NCBI GenBank assembly: GCA_050260375.1
Contig: JBLNCA010000037.1
Span: 229,527 to 293,526 of the forward strand
DNA from: Burkholderiales bacterium
GTDB lineage: Bacteria; Bacillota; Clostridia; Christensenellales; SZUA-584
Length of the DNA stretch: 64,000 bases
Direction of reading: 5' to 3'
Made by a program: the position numbers and the translations under genes. Every line of letters starts with the position of its first letter. Within the stretch, counting starts at the first letter, position 1. The notes beneath the pieces were generated by a model. It was not told the DNA's origin and did not search any database. It saw nothing but the letters and a program-made list of their open reading frames with translations. Below are positions 1-9,078 of the stretch, one piece after another.

Positions 1-543
1 TTCCGTCACATTTATGATCGCAGAGAGAAAATACCAACCACCATTGACCATGTTGAATCCAGGTGTTTCGGTTTGGTCAAGGATAAGCGTTCCTGATGAA
101 TTATAGAGCATCATTCGCGGCCGCCCTTGATAGAGGGAGATATAAAAAATAGGCTGACCGGGTCCTTGCCTTGTATTGAAAAGAGGAATGTAGTTCTGCC
201 CTACAGAATAGGTGGTCGGGTTAATCCAACCGCCGACGGCAATTTTCTCACCGAGATCAGAAAAGAACGTACCGTCGTTGGTGGCGACAAGGTGCGTTTT
301 TTCTGTGGTCGGATTGTTGATGTTCATTCGGAAATACCGCCCAAATCTGCCGTTTGGTAAAGAAGCGGTTGTGCCGCTCCATCCAGAGACAGTAAAATGC
401 CGTCCGTTGGCGGAAGAGTCTGCAAGGCGAGTATTACTATCCGGCGTGGATTCGTTGAAACGCCAGAGTGCTGATGTTTTTACGGTTGCAGGAATCTCGC
501 CCGTAAAGTCTGTTTGAGAAGTCAATATGGATTTTACCGCCAT
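1..543 (-). CDS. Phage minor tail/tail spike protein, N-terminal part (LamG-like); truncated by window edge
   Basis: My translation from ATG at 543: MAVKSILTSQTDFTGEIP...ALWRFNE...AVGGWINPT..., open to position 1; RBS GGAGG; follows the distal tail gene. Confidence 0.75.
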   Translation of the reverse strand, partial: MAVKSILTSQTDFTGEIPATVKTSALWRFNESTPDSNTRLADSSANGRHFTVSGWSGTTASLPNGRFGRYFRMNINNPTTEKTHLVATNDGTFFSDLGEKIAVGGWINPTTYSVGQNYIPLFNTRQGPGQPIFYISLYQGRPRMMLYNSSGTLILDQTETPGFNMVNGGWYFLSAIINVTE

Positions 544-547
544 GTCC

Positions 548-1321
548 TCACCTCCAACGGCTCTTCGCCTGTATTTGCAGTTCTGTAAATGTCGCACCGA
601 TTGCCGTAATGGTTATGATGTTCGTTCCTTTGCGGAGAATTGGAAAATTCAACTCTTGAAGCAGAGGCAGACCATTACGGAGCGTTTCGCCAGTTCTGTC
701 TACCACCTTGGCAGTAACTAATCCGCTGTCGATGACGAGGGTTTCTCCGGCAGCCAAAGGCCCGACAATGCGAAGTTCTTCGTCATTTGTTTTCAACGAC
801 ACATAGGTTGATGCCCCTGACTGAATGATGCCTTTCAAAAGGAAAACAGGCAATGAGTCTGTATTGCCTTTACTCCTCGTGACTGTATTTGCACCCTCTT
901 GGGTTAGTGTAAAACTCTCGTCTGTCAAAGCGTAAGCATGTGGGTCGGGACAGACGAAGTTCAAGTCAAATGCGCCTGCCGAGCGAATAAGCCGTTCACA
1001 GTTCACGGCATCCTGCAGTCTCGCTGTGAAATAGCGGTCGGGGACATCGTCAAACACAAGTTGTTTCAGCCCTTTTTTGGGATCTAACCACTCGGCAAGG
1101 CCGTCTAACACTCCAACCAGAGAAGCGAGATTGTGCAATGGAGCAATATTACAGCTCACAGTTATGACCCGCTCTGCGCTATCACTGCCAAAGTCTGCCA
1201 CACCCGGCTTTCCGGGTATGGAAACAAAGGAATTACGCAAGGGTGGCGAAGCCTGCCACGAGGTCAGACGAGCCTTGACGTTCATGCTTTGTGATGAAAT
1301 TCCGTTGAAAATAAAGCCCAT
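548..1321 (-). CDS. Distal tail protein (Dit)
   Basis: MGFIFNGISSQSM...FDDVPDRYF...FVCPDPHAY siphovirus Dit pattern; directly after the tape measure gene. Confidence 0.85.
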   Translation of the reverse strand: MGFIFNGISSQSMNVKARLTSWQASPPLRNSFVSIPGKPGVADFGSDSAERVITVSCNIAPLHNLASLVGVLDGLAEWLDPKKGLKQLVFDDVPDRYFTARLQDAVNCERLIRSAGAFDLNFVCPDPHAYALTDESFTLTQEGANTVTRSKGNTDSLPVFLLKGIIQSGASTYVSLKTNDEELRIVGPLAAGETLVIDSGLVTAKVVDRTGETLRNGLPLLQELNFPILRKGTNIITITAIGATFTELQIQAKSRWR

Positions 1322-1333
1322 GCCAACACCTCC

Positions 1334-3802
1334 TTATGCCGGGCTAAACCGTCCCTGCGCCCGCGAGCCGGTCTGCATCAGGTTATAAAGTTCCTGTGAT
1401 ATTCTTCGGATGTCATCCTCGCTGCGAACAATCATCTGCTGTATGTTGATGAGCGAAGGCATACCTGATACCGCCAAGCCGCCATGACTTCCTGTTACAT
1501 CGCCCATATTTATGCCAGGCGTATCAAAAGAGGTGGGGATAGCGTTCTGCATATCTTCTGCGACTTCATCCATCGCCCGTTCGAAGCCTACACCGATACC
1601 TTGACCCATGTTCTCGCCAAGTCCGGCAAATAAGGTAGATGGAGAATGGATACCGAAGAAGTTTTTGATGCCGTCGACGATCCCTCCGAAGAAACCGGAG
1701 ATTTTACCCCAAATCCAATCGGCGACATTTGAAATACCCTGCCACAGCCCCTTGATAAGGTCGCTGCCGACTTGCACGATTTTACCGATGTTACCGGTAA
1801 AGCCTTTCACGATAGCCGTAATAATCTGAGGTATCGCTTTTACGATTTCCACGATGATGGTTGGCAGGTTCTTTATCAACGCCACGAACAGCTGAATGCC
1901 CGCACCCACAAGCTGTGGGATGCTCCCGATAATCGCCGTAATAAGCGATGAGATGATCTGTGGTATCGCCGCTACGATGGCAGTTATAATTTGCGGTAGG
2001 TTTTGAACCAACGATATTAACAGCTGAATCCCGGCGTCAATAAGCTGGGGAATAGAGCCGAGGATCGCCGTAATTAAACCCTCGATAATTTGCGGTATTG
2101 CCGCCACAATTGCTGTGATGATTTCAGGCAAGGCATCTACTAAAGACACGAGAAGTTGAATTCCAGCATCAATAATTTGCGGGATAGCCCCGATGATAAA
2201 ATCTACAATGCCGAGGATGATAGCGGGCAAAGCAGCGATCAATTGGGGCAGTGCATCCAGGATGCCCTGTGCTAATCCGAGAATCAGTTGAAGGGCGGCA
2301 TCAAGTATCATAGGCAGGCTTTCTACCAAGCCTTGAACGATTGTGATCACAGCGTTCACTGCCGCCGGTATCAACTGTGGAAGTGCATCGGCGATGCCTG
2401 TAACGAGAGTGGCCACTAATTGAACCGCTGCATCAATAAGTAATGGAAGGTTATCAATCAGCGCACCCACAATGGTCATAACGGCATCCACGGCGGCGGG
2501 GATGAGTTCGGGCAAAAGCGTCAAAATCGTTGTCAGCACCTGTGTGAAAAGATCGACTACCGTAGAGAGCAGAGTCGGAAGCAAATCACCGATTGCCTGT
2601 AGTATCCCGTCGAGGGCAGGCGGCAATGCCCTTACTATATTCTCAATAACTGGAACAATGTTTTTCACGACGTTCTGGAACGCTTCGACCACATTACCAA
2701 TCAAAAGTCCGACATCAGCATTGGCATTACCCAAACCTGCCATCAAGTTTCCTATAGCTGATTGCATCCCCGCCATAGAGCCAGCTATTGTTTCCGTGGC
2801 TTCCAAAGCAGTCGTTCCTGTGATTCCCATTTCGGTCTGAATGACATGGATCGCTTCCGTCAAATCGGAAAATGAAGAGAGGTCGTATTTAATGCCGGAT
2901 ATTTTTTCGGCATCAGCCAAGAGTCGCTCCATTTCAGATTTTGTGCCGCCATATCCCAGCTTCAGATTGTCGAGCATCGTATAGTTTTGCTTGGCAAAAC
3001 CCTGATAGGCCGTCTGAATAGCTGACAGATCCGTCCCCATTTTATTGGCATTATCCGCCATATCAGTAATCGCCATATCAGCAACCTGCGCTGCCTTTGC
3101 GGTATCACCGCCGAGGGACTGAATAAGACTTGCCGAAAAGCCCGTGACGGTTTCCATATATTCGTTGGCGGACATACCGGCGGTCTTGAAAGCATTTTCA
3201 GCATACTTTTGAACAGACTGCGACGCTTCACCAAAGAGTGTATCAACACCGCCGACCAGTTGTTCGTAGTCCGCATAGGCGGATATGACTTCTTTGCCAA
3301 GTTTGACGGCAGCGGCTCCGGCAGCCACAGCCACAGCGCCCATTGCCATACCAATGCCTTTTAGGATGCCGCCCAGTTTCTCGAACTTTCCACCAGACTT
3401 TTCGGCGCTGTCACCAGCGTCCTCAAGTTCCTCACCAAGGTCGTCGGCTTCTTCCGCGGATTCTTCTAATTCACGCTCCATGTTGTTAAGTTCTGCGTTG
3501 GCATTATTGAGGGCAATCTGCCAGTTTTGAGTGCGGCGATCATTTTCACCAAAGCTTTCGGATGCATTTCGAAGAGCGGCTTCAAGGGTGGAGATTTTCT
3601 CCTTCTGGGCATCGATTGCTTTATTAAGGACTTCGTTACGGGCAGCAGTAGCCGCTATGGATTTGTCCTGTTTGTCGAATTCGCTCGTTACCAGCTTCAT
3701 TTCACTACCGAGCACTTTGAATGACTGGTTTATATCACGCAATGCGTTTTTAAATTCCTTTTCGCCCTCGACGCCTATTTTTAATCCAAAATTGTCAGCC
3801 AC
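1334..3802 (-). CDS. Tail tape measure protein
   Basis: 822 aa; coiled-coil N-terminus (MADNFGLKIGVEGEKEFK), amphipathic repeats, FGIHSPS motif. Confidence 0.92.
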   Translation of the reverse strand: MADNFGLKIGVEGEKEFKNALRDINQSFKVLGSEMKLVTSEFDKQDKSIAATAARNEVLNKAIDAQKEKISTLEAALRNASESFGENDRRTQNWQIALNNANAELNNMERELEESAEEADDLGEELEDAGDSAEKSGGKFEKLGGILKGIGMAMGAVAVAAGAAAVKLGKEVISAYADYEQLVGGVDTLFGEASQSVQKYAENAFKTAGMSANEYMETVTGFSASLIQSLGGDTAKAAQVADMAITDMADNANKMGTDLSAIQTAYQGFAKQNYTMLDNLKLGYGGTKSEMERLLADAEKISGIKYDLSSFSDLTEAIHVIQTEMGITGTTALEATETIAGSMAGMQSAIGNLMAGLGNANADVGLLIGNVVEAFQNVVKNIVPVIENIVRALPPALDGILQAIGDLLPTLLSTVVDLFTQVLTTILTLLPELIPAAVDAVMTIVGALIDNLPLLIDAAVQLVATLVTGIADALPQLIPAAVNAVITIVQGLVESLPMILDAALQLILGLAQGILDALPQLIAALPAIILGIVDFIIGAIPQIIDAGIQLLVSLVDALPEIITAIVAAIPQIIEGLITAILGSIPQLIDAGIQLLISLVQNLPQIITAIVAAIPQIISSLITAIIGSIPQLVGAGIQLFVALIKNLPTIIVEIVKAIPQIITAIVKGFTGNIGKIVQVGSDLIKGLWQGISNVADWIWGKISGFFGGIVDGIKNFFGIHSPSTLFAGLGENMGQGIGVGFERAMDEVAEDMQNAIPTSFDTPGINMGDVTGSHGGLAVSGMPSLINIQQMIVRSEDDIRRISQELYNLMQTGSRAQGRFSPA

Positions 3803-3827
3803 TTAAAACACCTCCCTCCGTAAAAAA

Positions 3828-4031
3828 TCAGATGCCATCAGGGATGACATCTTCAATAAACAGTTCGCGTTTTGGCTTGACCATTCCGAGGAACTGGCGA
3901 TGGCATTCCCACAGGTCCAGCAATTGTCCAATTGGGGTAAGCCACGTTTCCTCTTCGGAGCGATTCAGATGAACCGTACCGTAATATAAAAGTCGGGTAA
4001 ACAACTCATCGTCGCTTACCCGACCTCGGCG
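3828..4031 (-). CDS. Tail assembly chaperone GT extension (-1 frameshift frame; absent from ORF track)
   Basis: Open frame RRGRVSDDELFTRLLYYGTVHLNRSEEETWLTPIGQLLDLWECHRQFLG...PDGI* entered through slippery A AAA AAC at 4037-4031. Confidence 0.8.
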   Translation of the reverse strand, partial: RRGRVSDDELFTRLLYYGTVHLNRSEEETWLTPIGQLLDLWECHRQFLGMVKPKRELFIEDVIPDGI

Positions 4032-4402
4032 TTTTTTGACTCACTATCCTCGCTTTCGATGTTACGAGCCGTTCCTTTAAACATCGCCTCAGTAATTGCC
4101 GACTTATATACCGCCAGTTCAAGTGGCGAGGTGAGCAATTCCACTTCTTCCTCGGTCAGCAAATCTTTTGGTTTTTCCTGGTTGTGTAGGTTGTGGATGA
4201 GGATGGACTGATTGGCAAGTAGCGTAATCAGCCAAATAATCTCATCCAGAGCCATCTCGAAGTTTTCTGACCTCATTAACTTCTCTCCCAAGTTGTCCAG
4301 CCCGCCGTATCGTTTGGCGATTTCCTTTGTGGCGCGAGTGGATAAAATTAGCTCATATTCTTTGTCGCCGATTTTGATAACGGCGCTTCGTTCGTTATCC
4401 AT
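4016..4402 (-). CDS. Tail assembly chaperone (gpG-like)
   Basis: Between major tail protein and tape measure; slippery heptamer near its 3' end. Confidence 0.85.
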   Translation of the reverse strand: MDNERSAVIKIGDKEYELILSTRATKEIAKRYGGLDNLGEKLMRSENFEMALDEIIWLITLLANQSILIHNLHNQEKPKDLLTEEEVELLTSPLELAVYKSAITEAMFKGTARNIESEDSESKNAEVG

Positions 4403-4405
4403 GCA

Positions 4406-5005
4406 TTAAACCTCCAAATCCGTGTCAAATTCAGGTTCGTATACTTCCGTATACCAATCACTGGTCACAACCGGTAGTACATCCACATCATCTTCGTTAA
4501 CTTCCGCTTTCCATGGATGACGACCATTACCGTCCGGTTTATTGCGTCGGGAAACAGTGCCTTCAATACTTGGCGTTGAAAAGGTGATACTATCACCCTT
4601 GGTGGCAAGATTGGTGGACGGAATGCCGAACTTGACGCGGTAAAGCCAGAAGTAGCGATACTTACCATTCGCTTTTTTCGCTCGAAATCCAATAGCGACA
4701 GGCTCGCCACCATCCTCTGAAGCAGAGATAAGAACACCGTTTTCATCTGTGGTCGCGCCCGTCAGTTTTGCGGCGACGGTTTTACCAATGTCGTCCACAC
4801 CAAGGGTCAGTTTGCCGTTCTTGAATTCCTTGATAATTTCGGCGGCACCGTCATCCGCCCAAAGTGTCGCTTCCGCAAGTTCGATTGATAGTTCAGCTGA
4901 GATTGCCTTTGCTAGCATTACCGGAGCGCCGTAGGTTTCGTAACCCGTAGTAGGCGCTTCGGTGATTGGTGCGTAGTAGAGTTTATCAAGCCCAATTGTA
5001 GCCAT
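4406..5005 (-). CDS. Major tail protein (phi13 family)
   Basis: MATIGLDKLYYAPI...LWADDGAAE...YRYFWLYRVKF; start chosen at ATG 5005 after GGAGG. Confidence 0.88.
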   Translation of the reverse strand: MATIGLDKLYYAPITEAPTTGYETYGAPVMLAKAISAELSIELAEATLWADDGAAEIIKEFKNGKLTLGVDDIGKTVAAKLTGATTDENGVLISASEDGGEPVAIGFRAKKANGKYRYFWLYRVKFGIPSTNLATKGDSITFSTPSIEGTVSRRNKPDGNGRHPWKAEVNEDDVDVLPVVTSDWYTEVYEPEFDTDLEV

Positions 5006-5006
5006 G

Positions 5007-5351
5007 TTAAATTTCCTCCGTTTCGTATTCTTTCGCCACATCGATGGCGTAGTGGTGATAGCCGGTGTCATCCTCGTGTCCGATATACCGGCGGTCGGTA
5101 ATAACAAAATCAGCTTGGAGGAGCATCCTCACAAGCTGATTCTTTCTTTGTAAATAGTTGTTTTTACTGAACAGCGAGATTCTGACTTCGCTTACATCCG
5201 CCAGCGGCTTATTATCTCCGTAAACGGCAAAGGTGTCAGTAAGCGGGGTCAGTACCAGGTATTCATCAGGAGGTACTCCGCTGAAGACGCCTGTTTCGAC
5301 AGAGATATTTGCGGTTTCAAACAGTGTGTTCAGTTCAGATAATATGCTCAT
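5007..5351 (-). CDS. Putative tail terminator/completion protein
   Basis: 114 aa; synteny between gp10-like gene and major tail gene. Confidence 0.65.
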   Translation of the reverse strand: MSILSELNTLFETANISVETGVFSGVPPDEYLVLTPLTDTFAVYGDNKPLADVSEVRISLFSKNNYLQRKNQLVRMLLQADFVITDRRYIGHEDDTGYHHYAIDVAKEYETEEI

Positions 5352-5779
5352 AGCTTCTCAATCTCACTTTCCAGCTTATTGGTCATAGCCTCAATGCAAG
5401 CACCTCTTGATCTGCTTTTGGCAGGTTTCAGAAAAGGCTTCGGAGGCTGTCCATGTTTTCCGTATTCGAGGATGTTGGCAAGTTTGGCATTGCTGCCGCC
5501 GTCAGAGCGCGGCTCTGCAAAGCCTATTTTCACGTTGAAATTACCATCTCTGTCTTGCTTCGCCGGAGATACACCAAGCGCAGATTCAAGTTCTCCGGTG
5601 GAGCGGCTTTTAACCTTTGTGTTTTTACCGACCACAGAAGAAAGATTGCTTTTTACCTTGTCATATACGACTTCAGCACCGGCTTCAAGAACCTTCGGTA
5701 TAATCTCATCGGTCTTTTCAGCCAACCTTGACACTTTGAGCAGGAATTCCTCCGGCATCTTGAAATCGACCTTAGCCAT
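5348..5779 (-). CDS. HK97 gp10-family neck protein
   Basis: RSTGELESAL, ILEYGK, PKPFLKPA motifs. Confidence 0.85.
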   Translation of the reverse strand: MAKVDFKMPEEFLLKVSRLAEKTDEIIPKVLEAGAEVVYDKVKSNLSSVVGKNTKVKSRSTGELESALGVSPAKQDRDGNFNVKIGFAEPRSDGGSNAKLANILEYGKHGQPPKPFLKPAKSRSRGACIEAMTNKLESEIEKL

Positions 5780-6098
5780 CAGCGCTCACCGCCAATACTT
5801 CAAGATACATTCCTCGGCCCTTTACATTTTCAACCGAGTATATGTTGTAGCGTTTGCCCTCGCAGACGATAACATGGCGGTTGTGAAGAGCAAGTCCGGG
5901 AATCGTGCGGAGACGGAACAAGGCATTCACTTCATCTGATTGCGCCATGTTACGCCACTTTTCCGTAGAGTTTTTCTGCTCAAAATATGCCCTGACTGAC
6001 GCAAGAACAGTATCGCCGTGAATAACAAAACCGTCAGCATCCTTCGTGGGTTCGGTTGAGATAATATCGATGAATGTGTTCATTTTTCCAAAACTCAT
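5772..6098 (-). CDS. Head closure / head-tail adaptor protein
   Basis: MSFGKMNTFIDI...RYNIYSVENVKGRGMYLEV; synteny. Confidence 0.8.
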   Translation of the reverse strand: MSFGKMNTFIDIISTEPTKDADGFVIHGDTVLASVRAYFEQKNSTEKWRNMAQSDEVNALFRLRTIPGLALHNRHVIVCEGKRYNIYSVENVKGRGMYLEVLAVSADG

Positions 6099-6100
6099 GC

Positions 6101-6409
6101 TCACACCTTCCAATCCCGGTCAAGTTTAAGAAGAAGGTTGACCGTATTCCATACCTGCTGTCCGGCCTGAACGTTGTCGGCGAAAAAGCCGCCGGTGCTG
6201 CCGTCCCGGCTCTCATAAAAATGGGACGACAGCATAATGACGGCCTGCTCTGTGGTAGGCGGCATAGGATGGTCCTTGTAGAATTTCTCCGGAAGGTGCT
6301 GATAGCTTTCGGCATAGGATACGGCGGCGGTGATGTACATCTGCAGGAGTTCATCGTCCGCCGTATGCTCAAGAATAAGATTTGCCTTTACTTTTTCAAT
6401 CAGCGTCAT
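6101..6409 (-). CDS. Head-tail connector (gp6-like)
   Basis: KVKANLILEHTADDELL...AVIMLSSHFYESR. Confidence 0.85.
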   Translation of the reverse strand: MTLIEKVKANLILEHTADDELLQMYITAAVSYAESYQHLPEKFYKDHPMPPTTEQAVIMLSSHFYESRDGSTGGFFADNVQAGQQVWNTVNLLLKLDRDWKV

Positions 6410-6427
6410 TCCGCCACCGTCCTTTCC

Positions 6428-7051
6428 TTATTCTTCTGTTTCCGGTTCCGCGATGACAACAGTGAATGTGGCTTCGGGATAACCGGATGACCAGAGAGTG
6501 AACGACTTCGGCTGATTTACGATTTCGTCGCACTTCAGCCACATCACAATATCTCCGGCCTGCCCGCCGACAGCAGCAGCTTCATCTGCATCGGCTGAGG
6601 TCAGCTGACTGCCGTTATACTTAACTGCCGTGATGGCAGGTAGTCCTGTGGTTATGAGGATGGCAACCCATTTGTGGGTTCCTTGCGCGGGACTCAAGCT
6701 TTCATACGCAATCAGCTCGTCAACCGGAACAGTGACTGTAATGACATTGTCCTCGATGGTGATGGATTCGACTTTGCCTTGATTGGCTGTCATATCTTCG
6801 CTCAGAGCAGTGGTGACATTAGCTGCTGAGACATTCCATGTATCGGGTTTCATCAGTCCTGTGTCTTTCAATTTCAAAAGCAGCGCGTTGAGATCGTCCT
6901 TGAGTCCTGCAACATTTGTGGCAGTACTTGCGGCTTGATTCGGTGCAGAAGGAAGCCCCGTTACCGAGGCTCCCTCCTTGATTTCAAGCGTTCCGCCGAT
7001 AACTGTTTTCTCACCGCCTTGTTCGGTGTAGTTCTTTGTGTTGTAACCCAT
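6428..7051 (-). CDS. Head fibre/decoration protein with C-terminal extension
   Basis: MGYNTKNYTEQGGEKTVIGGTLEI...DLNALLLKLKDTGLM; directly after the capsid gene. Confidence 0.6.
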   Translation of the reverse strand: MGYNTKNYTEQGGEKTVIGGTLEIKEGASVTGLPSAPNQAASTATNVAGLKDDLNALLLKLKDTGLMKPDTWNVSAANVTTALSEDMTANQGKVESITIEDNVITVTVPVDELIAYESLSPAQGTHKWVAILITTGLPAITAVKYNGSQLTSADADEAAAVGGQAGDIVMWLKCDEIVNQPKSFTLWSSGYPEATFTVVIAEPETEE

Positions 7052-7063
7052 GTCGCACCTCCG

Positions 7064-8263
7064 TTACGCTTTTTGCTGGAGAACCTTGATGGCCTCCGGC
7101 AGAATCAGTTTGCCGTCCACACGCTGAGTGGCCATAAAGCCCACCTGACCTGTAGTAGCGAAAAGCTCGTTCAAGCGTTTGAAGGAGCGCCCCTGTCTAT
7201 CAGCGATCCAGTAATACTTGAAATCGCCGAAAGCGATGGTCTTAGCACCGGCTTCAATTGTCGGTACATATGCCGAAGTGTAGACGGGACGGTTTAGGAT
7301 GGTATCGGGGGTACCTGCGGTCAAAGAAGGCTGCCACAGATATTGCCCCTGTCCGTCCTTCAGCTTACGAATCGCCTTAACCGTGGAGTCGTTCATCACG
7401 AACACAGCCTTTTTGCGGTAAGGAGATTTCAAGGAATAGAACAGGTCGATAACTTCATCAACAGTTATTGCGGTAGCGCCTGCGGTAGTGACTCCAAGTT
7501 GTGCGCCACCTGTTGCAGCGAAAATACCTGTAGGCTTACCGGAACCGTCGCCTACAAAGAAGGCTTCTTCTTCCTTAGATCCGATACGGCGGGCAAATTC
7601 GGTGCTGATATAGCTTGGTAGATCAAAGACCGAATCGTTAAGCAGTTCATCAGACACCTTAATGAAGGTACCAAGTTTGTATGCTCCGATAGAGGTTTGA
7701 CCGAAAACCTCATCGGTATCGGGATAAAGCTCTTCTTCATCGAGCCACGAGGCTGTACCGTGTGTAGTGACTACCGGGATTTTGCGGTCACCGCTGGAGG
7801 TCTGAATGATTTTTGCCAGCTTACGGAAAATATTTTCTTCCTCCAAAGACTGTACGAGTGTACGTTCAAACTCATCCGGTACAAGGTAGCCACCCTCGCT
7901 GTCTTCTCCGACTTCCAAAGCGTTTCTAATATCATAATGCGGATTTTTAGAGCGCATCACGTTCCAGAACGCCTTTTTGTATTCATCTGAAGCTCTCCCT
8001 GTTTTGGTATCAGCACCGGGAACGGCGGGTTTGGCTGTGAGAGGTGTGTTCAGTGGCTTTGAAAGCTCGCGGTCAAGGGCTTCCTGTTTCTCAAGTCGTT
8101 CAATTTCCTTACCAAGAGCTACAACATCGGCTTCCATTTTGTCGTAGGTAGCGGTATCTTCAGCGGAAACCATACCGTCCGTACCGCGTTTGGCGTCGAG
8201 GAAAGCTTTAGCAGCCTCCCATGCTTTTGCGCGTTTTTCGCGCAGTTCAAGAATTTTACTCAT
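7064..8263 (-). CDS. Major capsid protein (HK97 fold)
   Basis: Coiled-coil delta domain, GGYLVP, FGDFKYY, RVDGKL motifs. Confidence 0.95.
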   Translation of the reverse strand: MSKILELREKRAKAWEAAKAFLDAKRGTDGMVSAEDTATYDKMEADVVALGKEIERLEKQEALDRELSKPLNTPLTAKPAVPGADTKTGRASDEYKKAFWNVMRSKNPHYDIRNALEVGEDSEGGYLVPDEFERTLVQSLEEENIFRKLAKIIQTSSGDRKIPVVTTHGTASWLDEEELYPDTDEVFGQTSIGAYKLGTFIKVSDELLNDSVFDLPSYISTEFARRIGSKEEEAFFVGDGSGKPTGIFAATGGAQLGVTTAGATAITVDEVIDLFYSLKSPYRKKAVFVMNDSTVKAIRKLKDGQGQYLWQPSLTAGTPDTILNRPVYTSAYVPTIEAGAKTIAFGDFKYYWIADRQGRSFKRLNELFATTGQVGFMATQRVDGKLILPEAIKVLQQKA

Positions 8264-8283
8264 GTGTTTTTCCTCCTCAAAAT

Positions 8284-9078
8284 TTAGTGTTGAAGTAAAG
8301 AAAGCCGCTTCTCAAGCCATTCCGCAGGAGTAGCTTTGGCGACATCAATAGGGGTACTGGTTTTCTGTTTTGGCAATTTGGGTTTAACCTTGTCAAGTAA
8401 AGAGTTTGTTACAGCCCGACGGCTGAAAGCGTATGTGACATCCTCTGCTTGCACACGCTTTTTCTCATCCTCCAAAATTCCGTCTGCAAACCCAAGTTCT
8501 ATGGCTTTGTTGGCGTTTAGCCAAGTTTCGGCATCCATAAGGTGGGAGAGTTTTGTTCGTGATTGCCCGGTTTTGATTTCATAGGCATTGATGATGCTTT
8601 CCTTCACCTCCGAAAGCATTGCAATGGCTTTCTGCATTTCCTCACTGTCGCCGATTGCGATAGTCAGTGGATTGTGTACCATCATGAGAGCGGTAGGGGC
8701 CATTAGCACAGTTGTTCCCGCCATCGCAATAACGCTCGCTGCTGATGCGGCAATACCGTCAATCTTGACTGTGACCTTGCCTTTGTAGTCCATGAGCATG
8801 GCATAAATCTGACTTGCAGCAATACAGTCACCGCCGGGAGAGTTGAGCCAAATAACAATGTCACCCTCACCTGCATTCAAATCTGCTTTGAAAGCCTTAG
8901 GGGTGACATCATCGTCAAACCATGATTCTTCTGCAATCACGCCGTCAAGGTAGAGCGTTCGTGTTCCAGATTCCTCATCCCGCACCCAGTTCCAAAATTT
9001 GCAGGTAGCACCCGCTGGCAAATTGCTTATATTACTTTGTGCGGATTGAGGCATTTCTGCCCGCGTTGTTTGTTTCAT
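8284..9078 (-). CDS. ClpP-type head maturation protease
   Basis: LNSPGG, AASAASVIAMAG, MMVHNP, ETWLNA; start chosen at ATG 9078. Confidence 0.9.
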   Translation of the reverse strand: MKQTTRAEMPQSAQSNISNLPAGATCKFWNWVRDEESGTRTLYLDGVIAEESWFDDDVTPKAFKADLNAGEGDIVIWLNSPGGDCIAASQIYAMLMDYKGKVTVKIDGIAASAASVIAMAGTTVLMAPTALMMVHNPLTIAIGDSEEMQKAIAMLSEVKESIINAYEIKTGQSRTKLSHLMDAETWLNANKAIELGFADGILEDEKKRVQAEDVTYAFSRRAVTNSLLDKVKPKLPKQKTSTPIDVAKATPAEWLEKRLSLLQH

